From positions 720,043-757,321 of the forward strand of contig CP070640.1 of the NCBI GenBank assembly GCA_020354065.1: a stretch of DNA of 37,279 nt, given 5' to 3'. Both the position numbers and the translations under genes were made by a program. This document shows positions 26,234 to 35,838 of this stretch, piece after piece (position 1 is the stretch's first letter; each line of letters begins with the position of its first letter). The DNA comes from Candidatus Bathyarchaeota archaeon. Lineage in GTDB: Archaea; Thermoproteota; Bathyarchaeia; TCS64. The notes beneath the pieces are model-generated. The model saw only the letters and a program-made list of their open reading frames with translations. It was not told the origin of the DNA and did not search any database.

Positions 26234-27061
26234 ATGGATAAACTCATCATCACCGCGGCCATCACAGGCAGCAGGATTCACCGGTCTAAGACTCCATACA
26301 TTCCCATCACTCCCGGGGAGATCACCCAGTCCGCCATCGAGTGCTGGGAGGCTGGCGCCTCTATCGCTCACATCCATGTCAGGGACTCCGAGACCCAGAT
26401 CGGAACCCAAGACATCAAGCTCTTCAAGCGGGTCGTGGAGCCCCTCAGGGAGGAAACGGACCTCATCCTCTGCCTCACAACCAGCGGCATCCCCGGCCTC
26501 AACCTGCCGACAGAGGAGCGCCTCCGGGTCCTCGACCTCCAGCCCGAGCTCGCCTCCCTCGACGCCGGCACCATCCTCCTCGGCGGACAGCCCTTCATCA
26601 ATACCCCGGAGTTCATTGAGACGGCGGCCCTGAGGTTGAAGGAGAAGGGGGTCAAGCCGGAGCTGGAGATCTTCGACACCGGGATGATGACCACCTGCCT
26701 CCGCATGCGGGATCAGGACCTCCTCGAAGACCCCCTATTCTTCCAGTTCGTCCTAGGGACACCATGGGGCGCCCCAGGCACCCCTAAGGCCCTCCTCCAT
26801 CTGCAGGAGATGCTCCCCCCAGACGCCGCCTGGTCGGTGATCGGCATCGGCCGCGCCCACCTCCCCATCTCCATGATGGCTCTCGCTATGGGGGGGCACA
26901 TCCGGGTGGGCATGGAGGACAACATTTACTATCGCAGAGGGGAGCTCGTCAAGAGGAACAGCCAGTTCGTGGAGCGCATAGTCCGCATCGCCAACGAGTA
27001 CGGGAGGGGTGTTGCTACTCCTGACGAGGCCCGGAGAATCCTCAAACTATCAGAGGTATAA
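26234..27061 (+). CDS. BKACE family enzyme (3-keto-5-aminohexanoate cleavage enzyme-like, DUF849)
   Basis: IITAAITGS, ASIAHIHVRD and HIRVGMEDN motifs of the beta-keto acid cleavage TIM-barrel family. 275 aa. Confidence 0.85.
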   Translation: MDKLIITAAITGSRIHRSKTPYIPITPGEITQSAIECWEAGASIAHIHVRDSETQIGTQDIKLFKRVVEPLREETDLILCLTTSGIPGLNLPTEERLRVLDLQPELASLDAGTILLGGQPFINTPEFIETAALRLKEKGVKPELEIFDTGMMTTCLRMRDQDLLEDPLFFQFVLGTPWGAPGTPKALLHLQEMLPPDAAWSVIGIGRAHLPISMMALAMGGHIRVGMEDNIYYRRGELVKRNSQFVERIVRIANEYGRGVATPDEARRILKLSEV

Positions 27062-27258
27062 CAGCATAGACGACCAGACCGAGCTTGACTAAAGCCTCAG
27101 ACCCCAACTCCTGAAACGCGCGCGAGCCCAACCGATCATCGTATTTCTCGTGCGCGTAGGTCTTAATGCCTAATCTTGAAGCTCCTTGCACGAACCTTTA
27201 TCGCTTAGGCTTATGGCATAGAAAAAACATCTCAAGAATACGCTGGCATAAAGAGAGG

Positions 27259-28560
27259 TCAGTTTATCAGGGGGTTGAGGGCGCCCTTGATAACCTCGAT
27301 CCCGTTCATGTAGGGCCGGAGGGCTTCGGGAACCACCACGGAGCCGTCCTCCTGCTGGTACTGCTCAAGGATCGCGACCATCGTCCGGCTCGTCGCCAGG
27401 GCCGTGTTGTTCAGGGTGTGGACGAAGCCTACGGGGGCCTGCCCCTCCTTCATCCTGTACCTGATGTTCAGCCTCCGGGCCTGGTAGTCGGTGCAATTGC
27501 TGTTCGACCCGACCTCCCGGAACTCCCCGTCAGCCATCCATATCTCGACGTCGTATTTCTTCGAGGCGATGCTCCCGATGTCCCCGGTGCAGACGTTCAC
27601 AACCCTGTAGTAGATCCCCAGCTCCTGGTAGAGTTCCTCGCAGTTCCTCTGCAGCTCCTCGTGGAGCCCCCAGCTCTGCTCGGGGAGGCTGAAGATGAAC
27701 TGCTCCACCTTGTTGAAACGGTGGACCCTGAACAGCCCCTTCGTGTACTTCCCGTGGGTACCGATCTCCTTCCTGAAGCAGGGGCTGACGCCGCAGAAGC
27801 GGATGGGAAGGCCCTCGGCGTTCAGAACCTCGTCCATGAACATCGCCCCCATGGCGTGCTCGCTGGTCGCGATGAGGTACAGGTCCTCGCCCTCAACCTT
27901 GTACATCACGTCCTCGAAGTCCCCCAGGTCCGTCACCCCCTCGTAGGGCTTCCTGCGGAGCATGTACGGGGGCTCAACGAGGACGAAGCCCTTCCCCATC
28001 AAATGGTCGATGGCGTAACGCATGATCGAGTAGTCGAGCAAGGCCAGCTCGTTCTTGAGGTAGTAGAAGCCCGAGCCCGAGACCTTCGCGGCCCTCTCCA
28101 GGTCCATGATTCCCAAGCCAACAGCAATCTCGGCGTGGCTCTTGGGCTCGAAGTCGAAGGCTGGGGGCTTCCCCACACTCCTGATCTCCTCGTTGTCGGA
28201 TTCGTCCACACCGTAGGGTACCGACTCGTGGAGAAGGTTCGGCAGCTGCATCAGGGCGTCCCGCACTCGGCCTCCGTAGAGGTCCCTCTCCGTCTCGGCG
28301 TCCACGATCTGCCTCGGGATCTTCCCGGCCTCCTCCCTGAGGGACAGCGCATCCCCGCCCTCCTTCATGACCCTGGCGATCTCGGCGCTGATCTCGTTCC
28401 TCCGACGCCTGAGATCGTTGACCACGCCCGTCAGCTCCCGCCACCGGGCGTCGTCCTCCACGAGCCTGTCCAGTAGGGCCAGCTTCTCAGGGTCGTGCCT
28501 GCGCCCCAGGTTCTCCCGGACCGCCTTGTAGCTATCCCTGATGAGCCTGATGTCCAACAT
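27259..28560 (-). CDS. serS: seryl-tRNA synthetase
   Basis: MLDIRLIRD N-terminal coiled-coil arm, class II motifs (FRKE, GLFRVHRFNKVEQF, SGFYYL) and C-terminal TLNNTALATSRTMVAILEQYQ. Confidence 0.95.
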   Translation of the reverse strand: MLDIRLIRDSYKAVRENLGRRHDPEKLALLDRLVEDDARWRELTGVVNDLRRRRNEISAEIARVMKEGGDALSLREEAGKIPRQIVDAETERDLYGGRVRDALMQLPNLLHESVPYGVDESDNEEIRSVGKPPAFDFEPKSHAEIAVGLGIMDLERAAKVSGSGFYYLKNELALLDYSIMRYAIDHLMGKGFVLVEPPYMLRRKPYEGVTDLGDFEDVMYKVEGEDLYLIATSEHAMGAMFMDEVLNAEGLPIRFCGVSPCFRKEIGTHGKYTKGLFRVHRFNKVEQFIFSLPEQSWGLHEELQRNCEELYQELGIYYRVVNVCTGDIGSIASKKYDVEIWMADGEFREVGSNSNCTDYQARRLNIRYRMKEGQAPVGFVHTLNNTALATSRTMVAILEQYQQEDGSVVVPEALRPYMNGIEVIKGALNPLIN

Positions 28561-28695
28561 CCCTCTGCACTACACCATAACCCATGTGAAGTATCCTCCT
28601 TTTAGGGATTATCCACCCACTTTCACTTCTCTCCCAGCCGCGAACATCTGCGCATCCCTTTTAACCCAGGGCGCCGGAACGCCAGGCGGGGAGGG

Positions 28696-28884
28696 ATGTT
28701 GAACTACCAGATCGGGGCCTCCGAGGCCCTCCAGTGGGCCTGGCACATGCTCAGAAATTGCAGGGACCGACCAAGCGGCGTAGACGAGGCGAGACGCGTC
28801 ATCCAGGACGTCCTCAGCACCATGGGTAGAGGCGCAGAAATCAACTTCAGGGAAGAGATCTCCAAAATCACCCTCCCCACCTGA
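28696..28884 (+). CDS. small hypothetical protein (62 aa)
   Basis: ATG preceded by GGGGAGGG, with cttttaac about 40 nt upstream. Codon bias matches neighbouring genes. Confidence 0.4.
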   Translation: MLNYQIGASEALQWAWHMLRNCRDRPSGVDEARRVIQDVLSTMGRGAEINFREEISKITLPT

Positions 28885-28996
28885 GCCCCCTAGCTACAAA
28901 GAGATAAGGGGCTTGAACGGTTCTCCTTCTTTTGATGACATCCAGCAGGGCCAAGAGGGTCGGAAACACACTGATCTCTCCATCCGGGGTATCAAG

Positions 28997-29683
28997 ATGG
29001 AGATAAGAAGACTCAGCACAGTCTCAGGAGCAGCCGAGGCCCGGGGCCTCGCGGTGATCATCGACGTCTTCAGGGCCTTCACCACCGCGGCCCACGTCAT
29101 AGCCAACGGGGCCAGTCGCATCGTCCCGGTGGGCACGGTTGGGGAGGCATTCGAGCTGAGGCAGCTGCACCCGGACTGGGTCCTGATGGGCGAGCGGGGG
29201 GGCATCAAGGTAGAGGGCTTCGACTACGGTAACTCTCCCTACGAGGTCAGCAGGGTCGACTTCAAGGGGCGGACTGTGGTGCAGACGACAGGGGCAGGGA
29301 CCCAGGGGGTGGTCAACGCCCTCGGAGCCGACGAGCTCCTCCTCGGCAGCTTCGTTATGGCAGGGGCCATCGTGGAGCACATCAGGAAGGACCAGCCCGG
29401 GATCGTCTCCCTGGTCGCCATGGGGAACTTCGGCGTCGAGCCCAACGAAGAGGACGAGAGCTGCGCCGAGTACATAGAGGACTGCCTCAGGGGTAGCTCC
29501 CCGGACTTCGAGGCGATGAGGAGGAGGATCAGGGTGGCTCCCTCTGGGGCCAAGTTCTTCGACCCCTCCAAGCCCCAGTTCAGGGAGGAGGACTTCCACC
29601 TAGCCCTGGAGCTCGACCGGTTCGACTTCTTCCTCCGGGTCGTGAAAGGGGATCCGCTCACAGTGGTGAGGGTACACCCATAG
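28997..29683 (+). CDS. comB: 2-phosphosulfolactate phosphatase (ComB) family protein
   Basis: IIDVFRAFTTAA, followed by the FDYGNSP and EEDESCAEY regions typical of ComB. I chose ATG 28997; the ORF opens at 28913. Confidence 0.7.
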   Translation: MEIRRLSTVSGAAEARGLAVIIDVFRAFTTAAHVIANGASRIVPVGTVGEAFELRQLHPDWVLMGERGGIKVEGFDYGNSPYEVSRVDFKGRTVVQTTGAGTQGVVNALGADELLLGSFVMAGAIVEHIRKDQPGIVSLVAMGNFGVEPNEEDESCAEYIEDCLRGSSPDFEAMRRRIRVAPSGAKFFDPSKPQFREEDFHLALELDRFDFFLRVVKGDPLTVVRVHP

Positions 29684-29811
29684 ACGGGGTCATTTTTTCA
29701 TCCTTCCCCGTATCGGCGAGCAGGAGGGCTTCATCGTACCAGCCTGCTCTCCAACACGACGCCTTCGCTATGATGAGCTTGTTCCAGGCCTGGAGAGGAT
29801 TTAAGTTTCCT

Positions 29812-30948
29812 CTAGTAGCTCTTCGGTTCAGGGTCCCGTATGAGGGAGCCGGCGGCGCAGTGGATTGAGCCGCTGTTCCTGGGGCCCACCAGGCTGGGGC
29901 ACTCGACCTCCACGACCTCGACGCCGATGTTCTCGAACCACTTCGTGGCCTTGGGCGCGCCCGTGGGCACCAGAATCTTCCTGGGCTCAAGGACGACCCC
30001 GGTCTCGGGGCCCCTCTTGATGGGAGAGGCCCGCTCGTCCCGGCTACGGACGGTTCGGCAGACCTCGTCCGGGGGCACGATGAACTCCCAGCCCATCTCG
30101 ATCCTCATCCAGTCCACCAGGTAGGGATCGAGGCCCCTAGGGTCCTGAATCGAGGTATGCCTGTCGATCAGGGTGTAGTGGCTCGCCCCTAGGCGGGTTC
30201 CGTAGCCCGGGCAGAGCCTTACATCCACCTCGGGGTCCTGGATCTTGATGATCCTGGCGAACTGCTCGTGGCCGGACTCGTTCGCCCTCACCACCTCGGG
30301 AAGACTTGTGTTGATCCTAGGGTAGTGAACCGCTACGACGACATGCTTCTCGTCGAGCCAGCCGATGGGGCCCCCCTCGGCCATGCCCTTGCCTACGATC
30401 ATCCCGACGACGGGGCAGCCGATCTCCGCGAGGGTCTGGAAGGTGAGGGCCTCCTCCCCCTTTCTGATGTGGTCGTACATGCGGAGGATGATCTGGCCGT
30501 AGACCCCGGGGTGGCAGACGTCGTCGGTGTAGATGGCCTTAACCTGGTAGGGGGGTTCGTTGGGGTCGGGCTTCCTGATGACCACCTCGACTCCTTCGGA
30601 CTTGTAGGCGTCGACGAGGTTCTCGTGGTGCTCGACGAGCTCTTCAAGGTCGGGCTTGTAGGCCATCCTCCAGGCCCCCAGAGAGCTGTCGTGGGGGGGC
30701 CAGGGGGTGGGCTTGCCGACGCTTAGGAACTCCCTCCCCGGGCGGTGGAGGAGGACCACTCTAAGCTTGCCAACGTTTGTGTTGGCTTTCCACCTCCGGC
30801 CCCAGTACCTCTCCATCTCTTCCTCGAAGTCGGAGAGGACTTGGGGGTGGTGCTTCATGTACTGCTCCCGGAGGCTGAGGCCAGTTGCCTTCTTGAAAAA
30901 CTCCTCGGGGCCTCCGCTGGCGGCTTGGAACTCTCCTTCGCTTGACAT
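29812..30948 (-). CDS. amidinotransferase-fold enzyme (arginine deiminase/DDAH superfamily)
   Basis: C-terminal GSIHCAAG catalytic Cys motif. 378 aa with pentein-like repeats. Confidence 0.7.
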   Translation of the reverse strand: MSSEGEFQAASGGPEEFFKKATGLSLREQYMKHHPQVLSDFEEEMERYWGRRWKANTNVGKLRVVLLHRPGREFLSVGKPTPWPPHDSSLGAWRMAYKPDLEELVEHHENLVDAYKSEGVEVVIRKPDPNEPPYQVKAIYTDDVCHPGVYGQIILRMYDHIRKGEEALTFQTLAEIGCPVVGMIVGKGMAEGGPIGWLDEKHVVVAVHYPRINTSLPEVVRANESGHEQFARIIKIQDPEVDVRLCPGYGTRLGASHYTLIDRHTSIQDPRGLDPYLVDWMRIEMGWEFIVPPDEVCRTVRSRDERASPIKRGPETGVVLEPRKILVPTGAPKATKWFENIGVEVVEVECPSLVGPRNSGSIHCAAGSLIRDPEPKSY

Positions 30949-31166
30949 GAGAACAGCCGCTTACGACTTGGCGTTTAGAGATAATAAGATGGCTACCGTC
31001 TCAGGGGTTCCCACTGGGGTTCACGTCTAGATAAGGGCTTGAGCCCAACTTTGGCTCAAAGGACGCCAAGTGGACACAGCCTCTGCCATTTGTGTACGTA
31101 ACGCCGGCTTAGATCAACTTTGATCTTGACATGCCCGAGGATGAGGATGACGAGTGAGGGGAGAAC

Positions 31167-32027
31167 TCAGAAGTCGATGGAGAAGCCTACCCCTACACCG
31201 AGATAATTCTCCCCGTAGGCTTCCATGAATATACTCCTCGCCGCATCCCCGGTACAATGGGTGGGAGCCACCCTTTTTACGCCGAGATCCATCACCCCGG
31301 ACACTATTCTTGACAGTCCGGTGTCCCCTATGCTACCCAGGTGGTATCCTCCCATAACTAGGTACACCTCCTTTCCTGTTATCTCCTTCGCGCATTCGAC
31401 GATCTCAACGACCCCGGGGTGGGAACACCCAGTGAGGATCACCAGCCCGTTCCGAGTGTTGATGATGAGTGCCTGTTCCCTTATCTCCGTTCCGAGGGCT
31501 CCGGTCGTCGCCACACCTTCGTATATGATGGTGGCGTCCCTTACCTCTATGACCGTGGCTCCAGTAGACGTTGCGCTGTTCTTGATGATTGACGGGAATG
31601 AGTAAAGCATGTAGATTGTGATGTTGCCGCGGGCTTCTAGGATGGCATCCATCCCACCAGTGTGGTCCCTGTGATCGTGAGAGAGGACCAGACAGTCTAT
31701 CCCCCCTACATCGACCCCCAATGTCTCGATGTTCCTTGCCAAGATCTCTCCCTCGCTTCCCGTGTCGAAAAGGATGGTCTCGTCTCCCAGCTCCACAAGG
31801 CAGGAGAACCCCCACGCCGTCTCCAAGCGCCCGTCGTACGGATTGTTATCGTATAATATTGTCAGCCTGACGCTTCTCTCCTCAAGGTTTAGGAGGTGCT
31901 CGTCTGATTGACCCTCCGAGGTTCCCTCGTCTGAGTTATCGTCAAGCAGCTGAGGCAGGAACATGGACACAGCCGCAGCGATGAGGAGGAGCGCGATTAT
32001 CGAGAGCCTCTTACTGTCCATTGTCAC
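31167..32027 (-). CDS. MBL-fold metallohydrolase (COG1237-like) with N-terminal signal/TM anchor
   Basis: HxHxDH motif (LSHDHRDHTGG), ILFDTG and PTHCTG. N-terminal LSIIALLLIAAAVSMF. Confidence 0.8.
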   Translation of the reverse strand: MTMDSKRLSIIALLLIAAAVSMFLPQLLDDNSDEGTSEGQSDEHLLNLEERSVRLTILYDNNPYDGRLETAWGFSCLVELGDETILFDTGSEGEILARNIETLGVDVGGIDCLVLSHDHRDHTGGMDAILEARGNITIYMLYSFPSIIKNSATSTGATVIEVRDATIIYEGVATTGALGTEIREQALIINTRNGLVILTGCSHPGVVEIVECAKEITGKEVYLVMGGYHLGSIGDTGLSRIVSGVMDLGVKRVAPTHCTGDAARSIFMEAYGENYLGVGVGFSIDF

Positions 32028-32245
32028 CGCCTTGCACGGGCTCTTGGAATGAATCTAAATTTAGTTTTCATTAACCAACAATTCTTACGGTGCATCCTTA
32101 AGTGCCTATTCGAATTATGTTTAAGAAATATCCTTTTCAAGAAGAATGCTTAGACGCCAAGATCGTTTTTTTGATGCTCAATGCAAATATTCAGAATTAG
32201 GATCAGATTTATAATGTTACCAAGAGAGTTGGCGCCGGGATCGCA

Positions 32246-33238
32246 TCAAATAGCTCTCTCGAAGTCAACCACTTTGAAAACAGGCCTGTATCCAGCCTTC
32301 TCGTATAATCTTATCGCACCCTTGTTAGACTCCGGTGTCCCAACATACGAGTACCTGCATCCATGCTTCCGGAGGGCCCCATGCACCTCCATCAACAGAG
32401 AGTAAGCAATCCCCCTCCCCCGATACTCGGGGAGGACCCCGAGGGGAGCGATCACTCCGTGGGGTGACCTGTACCTGGACTCGGGGATGAAGGCCATAAT
32501 GAGGCCCGCAGGCCTGTTCCCAACCTGGGCAACGAGACGACAATCAGGTGGAGAGGGCCCGTATCTGCTTTGCATAATGGATTCGAGGACTCTGGGTATT
32601 TCCTCAGGGTCTGATACTGTGGAGTTCCCTCCGTGGATGGCCTTGTCTTCGGGGGTTGCTGCGAAGGCTCCATAAACCAGGCGGGTGAGGTCCTCCAAGG
32701 AATAGGCATCACAGTCTAATATGTTGATTTTAATGGTGGTAGACGGGGGCGGCGTTTCTCTGCTCAGGTCAGCCAGTAGCTGGACTCCTTCGGGGCCTTT
32801 CTGCACAAACCCGCATTTCTCGTACAGACTTCTATGCCAGAGCCCTGTTTCAGGCAGGTCATATGGATACTTCAGCTTACAAGTCGCCCTCTTCAAGCCC
32901 CCCACACGGAGACGGCTTAGCCCCTCTTCGGTCAGGGCTTCGCCGACTTCATAGTCTCTCCATTTCGGGGAGACTGCTGGCTCCCATCTTCTAAGGTCTC
33001 CGACCTCGCCTCGGATCTTTATCCCCAGAACACCCATGATCTCGTGAGAGTCCTCGGGTCTGGCCGCGAGGAACACGTTCCCCGGTCTGTTGAAGTCGCT
33101 CCGTAGCTCCTCGATCTCCTCTTCACGATTGTAATCGAAAGGCCTATGCTCCTTGAACCAGTGCAGGTGTTCCATGCCTTTTATCCAGTCTTTCTCGTAG
33201 TCTCCCCAGGATTGTGCCTGCTCTACCGTTATGTCCAT
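32246..33238 (-). CDS. GNAT family N-acetyltransferase (tandem GNAT-like domains)
   Basis: LPEYRGRGIAYSLL...NKGAIRLYEKAGYRP acetyl-CoA motif in the C-terminal domain, with a degenerate N-terminal copy (YEKCGF). I chose ATG 33238; TTG 33250 is also in frame. Confidence 0.8.
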   Translation of the reverse strand: MDITVEQAQSWGDYEKDWIKGMEHLHWFKEHRPFDYNREEEIEELRSDFNRPGNVFLAARPEDSHEIMGVLGIKIRGEVGDLRRWEPAVSPKWRDYEVGEALTEEGLSRLRVGGLKRATCKLKYPYDLPETGLWHRSLYEKCGFVQKGPEGVQLLADLSRETPPPSTTIKINILDCDAYSLEDLTRLVYGAFAATPEDKAIHGGNSTVSDPEEIPRVLESIMQSRYGPSPPDCRLVAQVGNRPAGLIMAFIPESRYRSPHGVIAPLGVLPEYRGRGIAYSLLMEVHGALRKHGCRYSYVGTPESNKGAIRLYEKAGYRPVFKVVDFERAI

Positions 33239-33338
33239 TTTACAATGCAACTATATTCCCTCTTTCATTACGAGGTTCTTAATAATCACGCGCCTGGAAA
33301 TCGCTCATAATCCAGAGGGTCTTGGATTTCGCTACAAT

Positions 33339-33372
33339 TGGCGTCGGGGGTGGGATTCGAACCTTTGCGTCC
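33339..33372 (-). pseudogene. decayed tRNA 3'-end fragment (Ser-like, with encoded CCA)
   Basis: The minus strand reads GGACGCAAAGGTTCGAATCCCACCCCCGACGCCA. By hand alignment this is 29/34 identical to the 3' end of the tRNA-Ser at 36527-36630. The T-stem cannot pair (AAAGG vs CCCAC) and no 5' acceptor strand (GTCGGGG) lies upstream. Confidence 0.55.
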
Positions 33373-33399
33373 ACGCTCATTCAGCTGGCATAACACGCC

Positions 33400-35034
33400 T
33401 CAGACGGCTGCTTCCATGGTTAGCTGTCGTACAGCTGACAGGCAAGCCCGATAGCCCATGTAGCAGATCACGGTTGCGATTGCTATGGAGAGGACGGCTG
33501 CCACGGGTAGACCCGAGCGGATCACGCCAATATAAGCCATCAGGATTATTGGTAATAGAGTGGCAATTGAACAGACCCCTTCAACAAGCATCCCGATTAA
33601 AGCTCCTTCTCGGCTGATGAAACGGGCCCTCGGGATCTCACTGAAGTCGGGGTAACGTGCTCCTACCGCCAGGCCCACTATCGCTACCTCCAGCAGGACG
33701 GAAAAACCCACGGCGGTCGCTGTCAACAAGACCTCCCAACCCGGCTGAACGAAAACCGCTACCAGGGACAGCAACACGAGGCCCCCGGGGATGGAGGGCA
33801 GCACCGCCGCGGCTATCTTCGCCCTCACGATCTGCCGTGATCCCAATGGAGCCGCCACCAGGGCGTCCATCATGCCCCCCTCCTGGCCGATGCCTGAGAG
33901 GGCCAGGTAGAAGGTCAGGAACAGCATTCCGAACCCTATCTGTATGATGAAAGACGTCTTCGCACCCGTGCTGGCCGCGGGGTCCCACAGGACGTTGGGC
34001 CCACTCTGGATAACTGCCATCAGGACCATCATCACGGGTATCGCGATCATGCTGACCATCTCCCTCCTGCGGACCAGGGAGCGTAGATCCTTCCTTATCA
34101 TTGCCGTCTCCGCTGTTGTGAAGCCTAGCATCCCGATGAGTCCCCTCCTTGGCGCATACGCCCTCATAGGGCCCAGCTTGACGGAGAAGGGGGTTGGGAC
34201 CCAGTACCTGACCCTGGCCGTCACAGCAGCAAAGAAGAATGTCAGGGTCAAGGCGAGGCTGAGCACCGTGTACAACACCGCCCCAGCGACGTTCCCGTAA
34301 AGGCTGTTGATGATGGCCAAGGAGGGCCAGATGATCGGCACGAACCATGCCCCGGCGATGCTGCCTGCGAACCATCCGACGATCCTCAGGAGGATACCCG
34401 TGTTAAACAATAGGGTGATCACAACGATCAAGACGATGCTCGTCAAGGTTCGGGCTATCAGGGCCGAACGGCCAGCCCTACCGGAGAGAGCCGAGGCAGC
34501 CCTGTTCAAGAGGGCTCTAGCTACCTCGAGGATGAAGGCTCCTATGAAGCAGCCTACGAGGCCGAGTACTGCGCTGAAAACCCAGAGGGTAAAAAAGCCC
34601 GTGTGCGCCGCGAGGCCCAGGGAGACCCCGAGGATGATCGAAACTATCGGGGAGATGAAGTAGAGGGAGGCGAGGGAGGACGCTAGCACGAAATCCTCGG
34701 CGCCGATGGGGAGCCAGTTGATCAGGTCGGTGGAGGCGGCGCTGGAGGACTGGCTGAACTCGAACATGAGGCTGTACATCATCGAGAGCACGGCCATGAG
34801 GGAGGGGAGGAATATCATGAACTGGGAGTACAAGAGGCCGATCTGTAGTGAGCCGATGTCGCCCACGATTCCGTAGGTTAGGATGACAGCCAGAGGGAAG
34901 CCTCCTAATGAGAGATACATGTTGAGTTTGGGCGACTTCGCGAAGCCTGTGGGTGTCGAGCCCCTGGCTCTCTGGGCCCTCACGGAGGACAGGGCAAGTA
35001 TCGATGCGAGGCGCACGGCGATCCTGGGGTTCAT
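33400..35034 (-). CDS. ABC exporter permease (about 12 TM)
   Basis: 544-aa highly hydrophobic ORF, 12 nt downstream of the ABC ATPase gene. Confidence 0.7.
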   Translation of the reverse strand: MNPRIAVRLASILALSSVRAQRARGSTPTGFAKSPKLNMYLSLGGFPLAVILTYGIVGDIGSLQIGLLYSQFMIFLPSLMAVLSMMYSLMFEFSQSSSAASTDLINWLPIGAEDFVLASSLASLYFISPIVSIILGVSLGLAAHTGFFTLWVFSAVLGLVGCFIGAFILEVARALLNRAASALSGRAGRSALIARTLTSIVLIVVITLLFNTGILLRIVGWFAGSIAGAWFVPIIWPSLAIINSLYGNVAGAVLYTVLSLALTLTFFFAAVTARVRYWVPTPFSVKLGPMRAYAPRRGLIGMLGFTTAETAMIRKDLRSLVRRREMVSMIAIPVMMVLMAVIQSGPNVLWDPAASTGAKTSFIIQIGFGMLFLTFYLALSGIGQEGGMMDALVAAPLGSRQIVRAKIAAAVLPSIPGGLVLLSLVAVFVQPGWEVLLTATAVGFSVLLEVAIVGLAVGARYPDFSEIPRARFISREGALIGMLVEGVCSIATLLPIILMAYIGVIRSGLPVAAVLSIAIATVICYMGYRACLSAVRQLTMEAAV

Positions 35035-35046
35035 CTCTCCATCAGC

Positions 35047-35814
35047 CTAGCCCACAAGCGCTTCCACGATCTCCCTCACATCCTCCGCCTCGGTGAGCCT
35101 GAGGAAGACCTCCTCGAGGGTCGAGCCGGGCATGTTGGAGAGCTCCCGGAGCTCGTCCGGGGTGCCCTCCACGACCTTCCCCCCCTCGTGGAGGACGCAG
35201 ACCCTGTCGCAGATGGCATCCGCGATGTCGAGGATGTGGGTGCTGAATATGGTGGTGACCCCGTCCTCCGCCATCTTGTGGAGGAGGTCCTTCACTATAC
35301 GCGCCGACTTCGGGTCCAGCCCGCTGAGGGGCTCGTCGAGGACGAGGAGCTGGGGCCTGTGGAGGATGGCTCCGATGATGGCCACCTTCTGCTTCATCCC
35401 GTGGGAGTAGCCGCTGATCATTTCGTTCTCCCGGCCCTCCAGCTCGAACGCCTCGAGGAACTCGGATATCCGCTCCTTCTTTGCCGCAGGGTCCAGGCCG
35501 TAGACGTCGCCCAGGAAGTCCAAGTACTCTATCCCCGTGAGGAACTCGTACATCCTGGGGGCCTCGGGAACGTATCCCAGGAGCCTCTTGACCTCCAGGG
35601 GGTCGCTTCTAAGGTCCAGGCCGTAGACGCCGATGCTCCCCGAGTCGGGCTTCTCAAGCCCTATGACCATCTTCATGAGGGTGGTCTTGCCCGAGCCGTT
35701 GGGCCCGAGGAGCCCGTAGACGGTGCCTCCCTCGATCTCCAGGTCGATGCCCCGTACGGCCTGTACACTCCCGAAGCTCTTCGAAACCGATTTCAAGATT
35801 ACAGCGGGTTTCAT
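35047..35814 (-). CDS. ABC transporter ATP-binding protein
   Basis: Walker A GPNGSGKTT, signature YSHGMKQK, Walker B LLVLDEP and an H-loop STH. ATG 35814 is preceded by AAGGAG. Confidence 0.92.
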   Translation of the reverse strand: MKPAVILKSVSKSFGSVQAVRGIDLEIEGGTVYGLLGPNGSGKTTLMKMVIGLEKPDSGSIGVYGLDLRSDPLEVKRLLGYVPEAPRMYEFLTGIEYLDFLGDVYGLDPAAKKERISEFLEAFELEGRENEMISGYSHGMKQKVAIIGAILHRPQLLVLDEPLSGLDPKSARIVKDLLHKMAEDGVTTIFSTHILDIADAICDRVCVLHEGGKVVEGTPDELRELSNMPGSTLEEVFLRLTEAEDVREIVEALVG

Positions 35815-35838
35815 ATACTCCTTCAAAGCCACCACCCC

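Noticed and set aside
27100-27160. Imperfect GC hairpin (gcgcgcgag...ctcgtgcgcg) between the convergent BKACE and serS genes, as a terminator.
   Set aside because: The stem needs a bulge, there is no adjacent T tract, and archaeal termination does not require hairpins. The evidence is too weak to annotate.
27166-28476. 436-aa plus-strand ORF antisense to serS. Similar long shadow ORFs occur at 21360..22487, 16750..17793, 5038..5835, 3599..4336, 1441..2073, 9787..10254 and 35188..35847.
   Set aside because: Each lies antisense to a gene with unmistakable family motifs. Their products are Arg/Gly/Pro/Leu/His/Asp-rich and low-complexity, as expected for stop-poor antisense frames in GC3-rich DNA.
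33339-33452. A complete (possibly intron-containing) tRNA ending at 33339.
   Set aside because: The T-stem pairs at only 2 of 5 positions and no GTCGGGG 5' acceptor strand lies upstream. The best partial match (ATCGGGC, about 33446-33452) lies inside the permease CDS and would need about 38 nt of unsupported introns. No anticodon arm could be folded. An 8-nt excision that restores GTGGG/CCCAC is too short for a BHB intron.
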